Assembly (NCBI RefSeq): GCF_963921235.1
Contig: NC_086097.1
Span: 88,910,001-88,974,000, forward strand
Source: Mobula hypostoma
Taxonomy: Eukaryota
DNA length: 64,000 nt
Direction: 5' to 3'
The notes below the pieces were generated by a model. That model was not told the DNA's origin and did no database searches. It saw nothing but the letters and a program-made list of their open reading frames with translations. Of this stretch, positions 23,379 to 36,699 are shown in pieces (position 1 is the first letter of the stretch; every line of letters begins with the position of its first letter). Both the position numbers and the translations under genes were made by a program.

Positions 23379-25696
23379 AATTTTTAAAACAGTTAGTTTG
23401 ATTTTAACCCTCTCCAAAAAACTAGATGAGCTTTGCATCCCCTCATGGTTAACGATGCTGGATGTTGGAAACTTTACAGAGAAGAAATACTGGGAGAAGT
23501 CATCCTCTGTTGCCAATATCCATTAGATATACAGATTCACATGCAGTTGGTTTGATTGAGATAAGTGCAACTTCTATTCAAACAGTTTAGACACAAGTCA
23601 TACAGGTGAATTCAATTATATGGTGAATTATACAAGTGAACTCAAGCATAAATTTGACTTGGATTTAAAAGTAAAGTGCATGACCTATTGGACCAAAAAT
23701 GTACACACATTCTTTTAATGTTTATACAAATATCTCAGAGATTTCCTTCTCCTCCTGCTTCTACTTCTTAAGACCTTCATAGAGTGATTCTATAGCAAAA
23801 GAGACAGGAAGGAAGTAAATTTTGTAAATTACTGGAGACTCCTGGCCTGTCCGTTAAAGGATGGCCCGGTCATATAGTTTTAAGATGCTGCTTATGGAAA
23901 GTTCCAGTCACAGGGAGAATTACACACAGATCTTCAACCTTCAGGTCTCTAAACCAATTTTGCTGACAAATAACAATTCAAATCAAGCTTCCACCACCAA
24001 TTTTCCTGCTTTCATTTCTCATTACTTGTTGTATAACCTGCGCAGGCACTGAATGCCCAATAATAATGGACCTTGGCTGAGGAGCAGTGTCCCATTTCTG
24101 GATGCACAATTTAGGAAAGATGCCAATGTCTTGGAGTGGTATAGCAGTGATCTATCAGAATGGCACCTTTCAGAATAGGGGCTAAATTGTTTAGGGCAAA
24201 GAAGATTGAGTTCAAGATTATGAGAGCTTTTCATCAAGTAAAGTGGGAGAAAGTGTTTCTATTGATAGGAAAAACTAGCCAGAGGACGAAGGTTTAAGAT
24301 GAAGGGGGAGTGTGGAGAAATTTCCTTACAAAGCCATTTGTTGTGATCATCATTTCTGACAAATGGCTGTGTGAAAAAAAAATCTTAGAATCACAAATAA
24401 TGTTAATTGCCAGGGCTGCTGGAAGCCAATTCAATAATAAAATTCCCAAGAGGATTATGTATTTATTTCTAAAGGAATATGCAAGTCCTATGCATAAAGA
24501 GGATGAGATGGGGCCAATCAGGGAGCTCCTTCCATGAGTCATCATAGGTATAATGGGCTGAATGTGCTCTGTGTGTGTGTATTTGGTATGTATGCATTAA
24601 GAATTTCAATAAATACATAAACTTCAATAGCTATCTCAAAACACAGGAAATTCTCCAAATCCATGCAAGCCACACCACGTGCATACCCAGTTTTGAAGTG
24701 AGAACTCTACACCAAGCCTGGCATGACAAGAGATGTTTAGGAAGGAAAAAAATACTTCAAGAATATTCTCAAAACGTGCTTGCAATCCTCACCATAACCA
24801 TTCTAAATGGACAAGGAGCTCCTGGGACGGTACTGTGCCCTTCTTTTTGATGGTGCACAAAGAGGCAAGTGAAAACACGAGAAAGAACAACCCATCCATC
24901 ACATTCCAGCGGGCCCACTTGTAGAAGAGCCTGAAAGCCTTATCTAGGAATCTATAATCATCTTTGCTTCCACACGAAGCGAGCCATCCTCATTCCCAAG
25001 GGAAGAACCTCAAAGGATTCTGCCCTAGCCTCCAAACTATGTTTACTTACTTTGCCCTCTTGTGCACCTCAGATTTCCTTCACTTCATTGTTAGTGTTAT
25101 CCTCATTCTGCCTGGACCCTATGTGTCATTGTTCTCTCCTTAAACCTCCTCATTTTATCATCTCCCTCCCCATCTCCTCCTCATAACTTCATTATGCAAG
25201 CTTGTGGTGGTCTTTTGCAAGACGTGGTTGGATGTCAAATTTTAACTGATTCTGTTCTTGATAAATTCCTTGGATATTTGTACTATATTAATGGTGCTAC
25301 ATAAATGAGTGATGTTGTTGTGTACAGAGTTTGACCTTCAACTTGCTAGTAGTTTTACAAAACATAAAAGGCTGGCTCAGTGCCCAAACCTCAGTGTACT
25401 TGAGGTCTCTTACTTATTAAATTCAGCCATTATTTTAATGTATTTTATGAAGATGAAATTGTTTTCAAATAGATAGCAATGTGAACAACAGGATAATTTT
25501 ATACTTGCACTGGTCAAAAGCCAGACATTGCATTAGAATTCTCTCCATAACAACACGACTGATAAATTCTCACGGAAGGAGTTAGATAAAGTCATCAGTG
25601 TCCCAATGGTGTAAAATGTTATAAAGCACTCATACTTTACACTCACATTCATGCATGTTCATGGACACACACATATGATTTACCCTTGCCCATAAA

Positions 25697-25731
25697 GACA
25701 GACAGACAGACAGACACACACACACACACAC
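25697..25731. repeat. (GACA)n(CA)n microsatellite
   Basis: Visible directly in the sequence. Confidence 0.9.
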
Positions 25732-26739
25732 GAACATAGCTGCACATACACAAATATGCATAATTCATACAGACTGATGCACACATGTCCATGCATCCTG
25801 TCACATGCCTGTATTTCAGTTTTTTGTCCCTTCCTGCAATGGTTTAACATATAACGTTCATCAAGAACTCCAGATGTTAGCGGCACCTAGTGGCTGATTA
25901 CAGTTACTTCAATAGATATGCAAAGCCATCTTATTAAAGGTGATTAACGAAACAACATAAGGCTTGGGATAAAGTTACTACATTTGCTTTGTCCATGGAC
26001 CACACAGGAAGTTTTACAAAATTTATCGAATATATTAATTTCTTAAAGGGATTTTCTTTCTATTAATCAAAACTTTAGAACATTAATAGAAACTTACAGT
26101 AACTTTCAAACTTCAGCTGATAGATGACCTACTGAATTTCTCTTACCTCACAGTTGATAATATTGTCTGGGGATGATTGGAATAGTCATGATTCAACCAT
26201 TGCAAATATGTTGCTGTTGCTTTACCAGACTCTGGCTGTCCAAATGCAAGCCCCCAGATGTTAAAAATACTTTGGACTTGTTCTCCAATAGGGTCAGTCT
26301 CTCTCCCCACCCCCTGCCAACCTTTAGTTAGTACAGTTCTCAGAAACTGCAATCATTCTTCTTATTATAATCTATTAGTCACAGAGTAACTATAAGATTA
26401 AAAATAATGCACTTAATTTATAAAATTTCTTTCAGGATTTCAGGATATTTCAAATACTGTGCAACAAATAAAGCACTTATGAAATGGAGGCACCCTTCTA
26501 AATGATTAAAAAGCAGCATCCAAAATGGATATATTGAGGTACTGCAACAGAAATGTGATAAGGCAGGATCAACTATTAGTAATTTTGGTTAAGAGATAGA
26601 TATTGATTAGATTACCTGTCAAGCTCTTCAAAATAATATTATGTATGTTTGATATCTGTAGTGTATTCACTAATCCAGTAATATTTGAGAAATATTGTAA
26701 ATATATTGTTTGATTAAGAATTCTTTGTTTACATGATTG

Positions 26740-29700
26740 ATTGTGGGGTATGTATAAGAAGTACATGAATGGCATATTTCATCACGCTACCACATCATAT
26801 AGGAGTGCCTTTCTAAAGAAAAGGAAAGAAAATCTAAGTAGACCTGTATCACTACTCCTGTGCTTTTCTTTTGGTTAGTTTCAGGAGTTAACAAAACATA
26901 GAGGCAACAAGGAAGTTTAAAAGCAAATCCGAGATGACTACTTACCTGTGAAGCATAGTGTGTTTTCCTTCAGGAGGGGAGAGAGACACACAAGTTAAAA
27001 AAAAAAAGCACAGTATGTTTTTTCTTTGGTGGGAGAAAAGATGTTTGGATTTTTAAAAAAGGAAGAAAATGGACAAAATAAACAAGCATGAGTACTGGGT
27101 GATAATAATAATAAATAAAAATTAAGGCAGAAATAGCTGGCTACATTGGAAAGATAGACATTCAATTGTACAACAGAGAGCTGGATGATGTACATTGAAC
27201 AAATTCAGCAGTATTTTGAAGAAAATGAAATAGCTGATGAAAAAAGAGTTTCAGTGTTGCTGAGTGCATTGGGTGGTAAAGGATACAGTTTGCTTAGAGA
27301 GTTTAACTGCTCCAACCAAAACCAGCCAAAATGAGCTTTGATGATATTCTGAATGTAACACAGGAACGTTTAGAACTGAAACTGTTGTTGATTGCCGAAC
27401 CCTTTTTGTTTCATAAGTGGATTCAAAAGGAAGGGGCATCCATTTCAGCTTACGTGGCTGAATTGATGAAATTGTCTGAGCCTTATCAGTTCAGTGATAG
27501 GCTTTATGATGCACTAGGTGATCAGTTACTTTGTGAAATCTTACAAGAAGGAATTCAAAAAACGGCTCCAAACTGAAGCACAATTCACATTTAAAAGAGC
27601 ATTTTAAATGCTGTAACAATGGAAGCAGCAGCCAGAGATGGGACTGAGTTGCAGGCAGGAATGAAAGTGAGCGTGAACAGAATTGCAATGTCTAAACAGA
27701 AACCTGCCTGACTGAACCGATTGTGTTACTGTTGTGGCTGTGTCAGTGTATTACTGTATACTGAACAAATTGAGCAGTATGGAACAGCTGATAAAAAACA
27801 ACCAATACCAATACAACAACCACTCAGACCAGTACAGGTTTAGAGGCAAAACTTGCAGAAAATGCACCAAAGCAGGACACATACAAAAGAGCATGTTGGG
27901 CAGGTGAAAATAAATGCACTGCACAGGGAAGAAATAAGGATAAAAAAGTCAAGGTGCAGTCTCAAAAAGAGCACTAATCTGCTTGATGTTTATGAAAAAT
28001 CTGATAATGGTGAGAGTGACACAGGACCGAGTAGCCTTGAGATTTACCGTGTGAAAACTTATGAGACAAGAAATATGGCTTACACAAGAAATGACTAGCA
28101 AATTAATTAAAATGGAATTGGACACTGGTTCAGTTGTTTCAGTCATGCCACAAAATGAGCTTGAATGGCATTTGAAAGCTGCTGAACTGAAGCTTGCAGA
28201 TAACCAACTAAGAACTTATACTGGAGAAAAGGTAACTCCTGTGGGAATCACATGCTTTGCAGTGAAATACCACAACCAATAAGCCACATTGAGCTTGTAT
28301 GTGGTGAAAAAAAAACATGAGGACCAGGATCATAGGACCATGATTGGTTGAGACAACTACAACTTGATTGAAGATCCATCTACCATTTGCATGCCACAAC
28401 CCCTACAGTCAACTGAAAGCAAATTAAGAAAGGTACTGGATGAGGCCACAACAGTGTTCAAGGATGGCACTGGAAAAATCAAACATATCAAGGATAAAAT
28501 AGTGTTAAATTTAAGTGCCACACCCAAGTTTTACAAAGCCCATCTGGTTCCTTCTATCATCCGTGATAAAGTAGCCAATGAGCTAGATTGCATGGAGGCT
28601 GAAGGAATTCTTTCCAAGGTTGACTGAAGCCCATGGACAATGCAGTGGTCCCAGAAGCCAAGAGAATGGGTCTGTCAGGATCAGTGGTGATTTTAAGGTC
28701 ACCTTCAATCCGGTACTGAAAGTAAATCAATACCCTATGCCCTGGATAGAGGACCTCTTTGCACACCTATCCGGAGGGAACCCCTTCGGCAAAGTGGACT
28801 TAGCTGGGGCCTATATACAGATGGGGATGGCAAAAGAGTGTTTCTCACAAGGCTTGTTTTTGGTGTAGCTCTGCATCTGCATTCTGGAAGGTACTGCAAG
28901 GCTCTCCAGGCACTCACTGTTACCAGGATGACATCATTGTTACCAGCGAGGATAGCAAGGAACATCTCCAAAATCTCAAGGCAGTGTTAAAAAGATTAGA
29001 GAACATGGGTTCAGAGAATGGCACAATAAGTGTGAATCCTTTAAACCAAGCATCAGTTGCTGTGATCACCCATTGACACACAAATATTACACACCTGTGC
29101 TGAAAAAATCCATGCATTGGTGGATGCGCCAAGGTCAAAAAATGTGTCACATTTGTGATCCTTTTCAGGATTTGTCAATTACTATGACAGGTTCCTGCCA
29201 AACACAGCTCCGTGCCTCATCCCTTGAATTCATTACTACAGAACGGGAAGAAATGGCAATGGAAAAAGCAGTGTGAGGTGACTTTTCAAAAGGCAAAGGA
29301 AGTGGTGACGTCAGACACTGTACTGACACATTATGATCTACATCGCCCAGTGAAGCTTGCCTGTGATGCCGTATGGTATAGGTTTAGTCATGCCACATGT
29401 TACGAGCGATGGAAGTGAACACCCCATAGCTTTTGCATCATGTTCCCTTTCCACTGCAGAGAAAAATTACATACAGATTGGCAAAGAGTCCTTGAGTCTG
29501 GTTTGGGGCGAAAAATGTTTCAACCAATACGTGGATGGGGAAAGAGTTTACCCTCGTTTCCGATCATCAACCACTGGTTCCATTTTCAATCCACAGAAGG
29601 GTGGTCCACTAACAGCAGCAGCACGAATGCAGAGATGGGCTCTGTTTCTTGGAGGACACAATTACAAGATCGAGTTCTTGATAATTTTTCACAGAAATGC

Positions 29701-30146
29701 TGATGAATTGTCTCATTTACCCTTGGAAAAGGAAGTACCTAAAAAATTTACGAGTCTCTCTAGTATGGCAGATATTATCCAAAGGGAAACCAGAAATGAC
29801 CCCAAACTGTCTCAGGTCTACTTGGCAACCTAAAATGGCTGGAATATGCAGCAGAAGTTCCAGTTCCCTCATTTTTAACAGCACCACAATGGAATTAACC
29901 TTGACAGTGATGGCCTTATGTGGGGATTGGGAGTTGGTGTGCCATCCCAGCTGAGAGCGGAAGTGTTGGAGGAGCTACATGCTGGTCATTAAGGCATGAT
30001 CAAAATTAAAACGTAGGTCTGGGATAGATCAGCAGATTGGGCAGCACTGCTTGAGATCCCAACATGTCCAGAAGATGCAAGGATAGTGCCTCTCCATCCC
30101 TGGGAATGCCCTGGCAGAAGATTCAGTGGAGTAACAAAACATAACA
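26740..30146 (+). mobile_element. Degenerate Gypsy/Ty3 LTR retrotransposon
   Basis: Gag (WMMYIEQIQQYFEENEI), aspartic protease (MELDTGSVVSV), RT (VRISGDFKVTFNP..YPMP.IEDLF..KVDL..AY.Q, YQDDI), RNase H (LACDA, PIAFAS.SL..AEKNY), integrase start. The LTR-end motif GGAGT(T)AACAAAACATA occurs at about 26884-26900 and 30128-30143. Confidence 0.88.
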
Positions 30147-30374
30147 GTATCAAACTACATGAGTAAATGTCACCTCAGTTTAATATCCCTCCTGAATGTA
30201 TTTCTCCGTTCATTCCCACAGTGAAACCCTGGAGTGTCAGTGTGTATTATATACTCAAATCACTTACAGTACGCTACAGAGCCTTGCTCCACACTGACTC
30301 AGATGTGAGCCACGAGTCAGACTAATATCAATGAAGTAAACTAACGCCATCAGTCCTTTTACCCGTCTACTGTA

Positions 30375-30770
30375 GTTCCTTGGTTGGCAGGGTGGAGATA
30401 TGTCTCTACCAAAGGAGGTGTAAGGCATTCCTTTCTTCAGCTAGTCAGTAAGTCACCCTTGGGCAGGGTGTAGCACCTGCTTAGCCCTCCACATCTGTTC
30501 AGGATCACATGAAGCCATGGAAGCATTTGATGGATGGTCATATGAGCAACTAACTGGTGCGTATCACAAGTCCTGGTTATGCGACCACTGAAGCCAGGCA
30601 GACAGTCTCTGAAGAGTATTGATAATGGCCAGGGTCACCCGTCTTCTAAAGACATTGCCCAGAAGAAAGCAATGGCAAATTACTTCTGTAGAAAAATTTG
30701 CCAAGAACAATCATGGTCGAAGACCATGATCATTCACGTCACACGATATGACACATAATGATGATGATGA
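30375..30770 (+). mobile_element. RTE-related SINE/LINE fragment with (TGA)n tail
   Basis: GAAGAAAGCAATGGCAAATTACTTC resembles the RTE/BovB-type GGCAATGGCAAACCAC block; ends ATGATGATGATGA. Confidence 0.5.
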
Positions 30771-33700
30771 CTGTTGTTCCTTTTCTATTGCTGAACTAGT
30801 TTTCAATCCAATTAGCTAACTTGTAGTTACTTTTGTAATCCTCAATCTATACTGTGTATAATTATTGAGAAAACCATTGAATCAGATTTCTGAATGAATA
30901 TTTATGAACACATATCACAGGTATCCAAATAAAACAGATCTAATCCTTTGTTTTCTGCTGTAGTTACTTAACAAAACTTTAAATAAACTAATACATCAGA
31001 AATGAAAAAGGGACATCCCATCGTTTTATTGCCTTTAATTCCGCACTGTGAATTATGGTGAGACCATCAGACTTCATAGTCATAATGGAATAAGTTGAGT
31101 AGCAGCTTCAAATATCTGGAAGTATGCAGCTTTCTTTCTTTCTTTTTAAATCTTTTTATTGAATAAGTATACGAAAAGGTAAGCCATATAAGCACTAATA
31201 CACTGTTAGAATATAATAAAATTACAGGAAATATTAATACAAAAAAATGATACAAACAATGTAATTTAAACATAACATACTAAGGTAACATAATAGTACA
31301 CTAATTTTTATATATATATATCAATAGAGAAAAAGAAAAAAAAACCCACCGTGCAACTAACTAAAAGCAAAGCAAAGCAATGGGCTAACTTGGAATCAAG
31401 CAGAGTTAAAAAAAACTTAAAATCACGTCCTCAATCCCGACCTCCATTAAAAACAGTAAAAGGAAATATGCAGCTTAACATGAAATTAGGTGTGGGCTCG
31501 TACAATTGTGTCAGTGAATTTTTAACAGAGTCAAACTGCCTTCCAATTTCTAAAAGTTCACTTTTGTTGCTTGGACTTCCATTCCTTCAACTTTTAATTA
31601 TTGGTGAAACTTTCTTTCAATCTCTGGTTTAATTTTCTGTATACTTTATCTTTCTTTTAATTCCCATCTTTCCTTCCCTTTATTTCAATATCAGAACACA
31701 ATTTCACATTGAATTTGAAGTTCTAATATATGATTTGGCTGAGTTGCTGTAAAGATTGCACAGACTCAGAAACTCCTTAATAATGCTGAAAAATGTGGTG
31801 GCCTTGACTGGTTTTTCTGGACTGGGTTAATGATGCCCATTTCCTCAGCACTTAACAGATAGAGAAAAATTCAACCCTTAATTTTCTAACAGGATTTTCA
31901 TTATCATTGGAAATATTGTTCAGACATAAATCTTCCCTTGCTTTTATCAACAGTAGTGCAATGTCCAATAGTCATTGCCAGCATGACTTTCAATCTCGTG
32001 GTATGAGAAGTCTCAGTTCATGCTTACAAACATGAACTGGCTGATCGTTGGACCAGTTGAAGGACCAACGAATGGACCAAACTTAATTTTTTTGCCATCC
32101 TACTTCACAGCTCTCTGGTGCTTCACAAGTTCTTCTACCAACTCTTTACTCTTAAGACTGGGGCTTCCCTGGACTGAAACTCTTGCCACTTCCACCTGCC
32201 TGTCACCTTGGAAGGTTGCGGTGTCCCTCCTACACAAAGAACATGCCTCCTGTGGAAATTGTTGTTTACCAGCACCCGCTCAGGGCCTGAGAATTCCTTT
32301 ATCTATTGTGGCAGTATCCGTTCTTGAACCAACAAAACTCTCCAATAGCTAGAGGTTGCTGCTTGTGCTCTGCACATGTCCCATTATGGACTGGATCTGA
32401 TCTTGCAACAGATGAACACAATATAGGCACTGAAACTGACTTTGAGCAGCTTTACACCAACAACTTTGATCTGTCAATCTAATGTTAGATGATGGAGATT
32501 GTTTGGGACTTATAAAATTATTGTCAGCATTACACCGTTGTAGTGTCAGTAGATTCTGAGAAAGGAATTTCTAGGCTGCACGATTTCATCCTTCAAAATT
32601 TACCCTATCAACACCCTGAATATTCATTCTCTTCACCACCAATACATAAAATATAAATTACAAAGTACAAAGTACATTTATTATCGAAGTATACAACCCT
32701 GAGATTCATCTTCCTGCAGATAGCCATGAAACAAAGAAACACTAAGGAACCCATTCAAAGACAATATCTAACACTCAATATGCCAAAAAAAGACAAACCG
32801 TGTGAACGGCAAAAATATGAGTGAATAACATACAGAATATTAAACATCAAACTGCAGAGTCTTTGCCAAGTGCAGGCAGTTACCCATCTAGAATGCCCTG
32901 ACAGCGGCTCCCAAATCTTAACGTTCTATTGCCATATACAACACCATCCTAGCTTGGAAATATATCACCTGTTCTTTATGGTTGCTTGGTCTGAGGCCTG
33001 GAACTCACTGCCCTATAGGGCTCTGTAAGTACCTTCATCAGAAAGACTGCAGAGATTCAAGAAGAATGCTCCCGCCACCTTTTCAGAGGTGGAAAATGAA
33101 TGCTAGTCTTGCCCAAGAAATTAATTATTAAAACCATTTTCTCAAGTAAACAAGTTACTTGTCAAAAATCTTTCAAATGTCCCTCGGTAAATTTTCCTTC
33201 ACTGTTGACCTCAAAATCTAACCCTACAATTTCCCTAGTGTCTTTAAACTTGTTACCAGTATTCTGAGAACACCTTCTAAATGTAGAGTGCATGTTTCAA
33301 GGCCATTTCATCCTCTGCAAGGAAATGGAGAGTAATTATATGTATGTACTGTATTAGAACCAAAACTTGTCCATTCAGCTCTTCAATAAGCACATGATGC
33401 ACCTGATTTAACCTCGACTCTTGTCTACCCATAGTGAACTTTCACCCCTTTGCTTATCATAAATCAGACTACTTCAGCCTTGAAGTATTCCAAGACTCCA
33501 TTTCCACTGCTCGCTGAGGAACATAGTTAAATATTTTTCAAGTAAAAGTGTCTTTATCTTAAATGGGAAATGCCTTGCTTTTAAAATGTGACATTAATTC
33601 CAGATTCTCTCCACATCTACCAGGTCAGAATCCCTCAGAAACATATAAGTTTCGTTCAAGTTCTCTTTCACTTTTCTAAACTCCAGCAAGCTACAATCCT

Positions 33701-34397
33701 GGCCTATTGAATCTTTCCTCTTAACACAACACATGCATTTCCAAGTATCAGTTTAGTGAACTGTTTCAGTGCATTAACATCCTACCTTAAGTAAGGAGAT
33801 CAATGTACTCCAGATGAGTTCTCACCAATATCCAATCAAATTGAAGCATGAGCTTCCTGCCACTGAATACCTTAAGCAGCAGAAAATGGCATTGCTTTGC
33901 CTTTCTTAATTACTTGCTGTACATGCACACTAGCCTTTTCAAAATCATGCACAAGAAAACGCATACCCTTTTGCATCTCAGAGATCTGCTATCTCTCACC
34001 ATAATGTACTGTTTTACCATTGATCATGCCAAACTGGACACTTTCACATTATACTGTCTTGATCCCTATGAACCTGTGCACTTGAATTTGTTGATTGTTG
34101 TCTTATCTGGAGTTGTTAAACCCTTGTGCTTTCTGCTTAATCTTGTCAAATTTACTTTGACTGCCATGGGCTTTCTGCACAATGTGACTATTTAAAGTGG
34201 ACTCCTAATTAGTGCTTATCGCAGGGTCCTTGTGTTTCGAGAATGATTCATTATGCAACGTCACTTGATTGAGCCACCAAAGTACTGTTGGAATTCCTAT
34301 GAATAAACTCCGGTTTCTGTCTCTGCTTGGGAGCCTGTCATTCTTCTGCACCTGGGTTCAGTCATTGCCAGTGATCAGGGTAACATATACTCCTTTT

Positions 34398-34715
34398 CAA
34401 CACACACAAAATCCTAGAGGAGCACAGCAGGTCTGGCTGCATCCATAGAATGAACAAGCAGTCGATGTTTTGGGCTGAGACCCTTCTTCAGGACTTGAAA
34501 AGAAGGGGGAAGACGTCAGAATAAAAAGGTGGGGAGAGTGGAGGAGGATAATTAGATGGTGATAGGTGAAGCCGGGCGTGTAGGAAAGGCAAAGGGCTGG
34601 AGAGGAAGGAATCTGATAGAAGAGGAGAGTGGACCAGGGGAGAAAGGGGAGGAGGAGGTGCACCAGGGGGAGGTGATAGGCAAGTGAGAAGAGGTAAGAG
34701 GCCAGAGTGGGGAAA
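34398..34715 (-). mobile_element. Penelope terminal-repeat copy with degenerate hammerhead (34460-34495)
   Basis: Reverse complement reads AGTC CTGAAGA AGGGTCTCAGCCC AAAA CATC GACT, preceded by a pyrimidine-rich tract as in the 3093-3386 copy. Confidence 0.8.
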
Positions 34716-35449
34716 TGCTCCTTTTGCCAGATTTGTACATTCTTACTTTATCCTTCTGTAGTCTCCTTATAACCTGTTCGTTTCATTCAATTGAAAATCC
34801 TTTTCCTTCCCCAGATGCTGCTGGACCTGCTGAGGTCTCCAGCAGATTATTTGTTGCATCTATTCACAACTTTCTTATCTTTATGGTATTGAGAAAGTCA
34901 GCAACCATACCTTTGATCCTTACACCAATTATAACAAGTTGAGCCTTTAACACTGACCTCTGTGGAACACCACTCACTTACATCTTACGAAAGAGTCGGC
35001 CAGCCAGTTCTCCACACACTAATCTATTACTCCTTCACCATGAACTTCCCCTGCCTCCAAATCACCTTTGACTTGGTATCTTATGAGACATTTTCTGGAT
35101 ATCTCAGGGTTGTATGTCAATTAGTTCCCCTTATCCAAGGCAAATGTTACATCTTTTTAGAACTTCAATAGAGTGGTCAAACACAATTTCCCTTTCACAA
35201 ACCAAGTTGATGTTTACCTTGATTTTTCTATTTGTTCTGCAATAACATCTCAAAGAACAGCTTTCTGCATTTTTTCCTCGGATGGATGTTAAAGGAATGG
35301 ACTTGTAGTTTACTGATTCCTGTCTCCTTCCCTTTTTGAATAAAGAAATCGTATTTACTGTTTTTCACTCCAAAGGGACCTCCTCCAAATCTAGAGAACT
35401 TCAGAAATTTAATCAAAAATTGAAAACATGTAGTAGTTAGACATCACAC

Positions 35450-36510
35450 CAAGTGTTGGGAAATGTATGATAATGCATTTTGGTAGAAGGAGCAATGGTA
35501 TGGACTATTATCTAAATGGGGAGAGGGTTTAAACATCAAAGGTACAGAGGGACTTGGGACTCCTCATGAAAGACTCCCAGAAGGTTAATTTACAGGGTGA
35601 GTCTGTGGTAAACGAGGCAAATGCAATGTTGGCATTTATTTCAAAGGGAATAGAATACTAAAGCAAGGAGATAATGCTGAGACTTTATAAGACACTAGTC
35701 AGGCCACACTTGGAGTATTGTCAACAGTTTTGGGCCCCATATCTCAGAAAGGATATGTTGTCATTGGGGAAGATTCCAGAGGAGGTTCACGAGGATGATT
35801 CCGGGAATGAAGGGATTAACATATGAGGAACATTTGGCAGCTTTTGGCCAGTAGGAAAGGAAAGGTACGTCGCATCCGGAGTTTCTCCGGTTAGCAGACG
35901 ATTTCTCTCCACGCTTCTCTGACGTAGTGGGGAACCGTGTACGAGGCAAGTTACAGCAGTGGCTTGCCATTGCCGTCTGCCGGGTGAGTTTCTAAAGAGA
36001 TCACCAGCTCGTAACCCAGCATGGATGGAAAGCGTGCAGGGGAGCTGTCTGGATTCGAACTCCGGGCCTTTCGTCCTGAAGTCCGACGCTGATGTCACTA
36101 TGCCACCAGCAATGGAATTCAGAAGAATGTGAGGGATCTCATTGAAACCTGCTAAGTGTTGAAAGGACTAGATAGGGTGGATGTGGAAAGATTGTTTCTT
36201 ATGGTGGAGGGTATCCAGAACTAGAGGTCACAACCTCAAAATTGAGGAGCAACCTTTTAGAACAGAGGTAAGAAGGAATTTTTTTAGCCAGAAAGTTGTG
36301 AATATGTGGAATGCTCTGTCACAGACTGCGGTGGAGTTAAGGCAGAACTTGATAGTTTCCTGATCGGTCAGGGCATCAAGGGATATGGCGAAAAGGCAGT
36401 TGGGTATGGGGTTGAGTGGGATCCAAGATCAGCCATGATGGAATGGTGGAGCAGACTCGATGGACTGAATAGCTTAATTCTGCTCCTATGTCTTATGGTC
36501 TTATGGTCTT
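35450..36510 (+). mobile_element. CR1 3' fragment interrupted by a SINE
   Basis: RLYKTLVRPHLEYC.QFW and SRTRGHNLKI remnants; (TCTTATGG)n tail at 36490-36510. Confidence 0.85.
35854..36110 (-). mobile_element. Young tRNA-derived SINE with RTE-type 3' region
   Basis: Minus strand has A box TGGCATAGTG (about 36096-36105), B box GAGTTCGAATCC (36051-36062), a GGCAATGGCAAGCCAC block and a (CTTTC)n tail; many CpGs retained. Confidence 0.8.
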
Positions 36511-36699
36511 ACACGACTGATGTCTACTACTTTTGACATGGTGCAATATCTAAATATTACCTGCTGCAACAAGTGCATTGTATCATCTCTGTCTGTTCCC
36601 TGGATGCAACTATCGCATCGTGTAGTCTGTTTGAAATTATTACATCCGAAGATGTACAAGTAGAAATTGCTTGCAACTGAAGCACAGTACAAGCTATAC

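Noticed and set aside
36051..36110. tRNA gene (A and B boxes; also at about 7850 and 55560)
   Set aside because: No complete cloverleaf evident, and each continues into a SINE body and tail.
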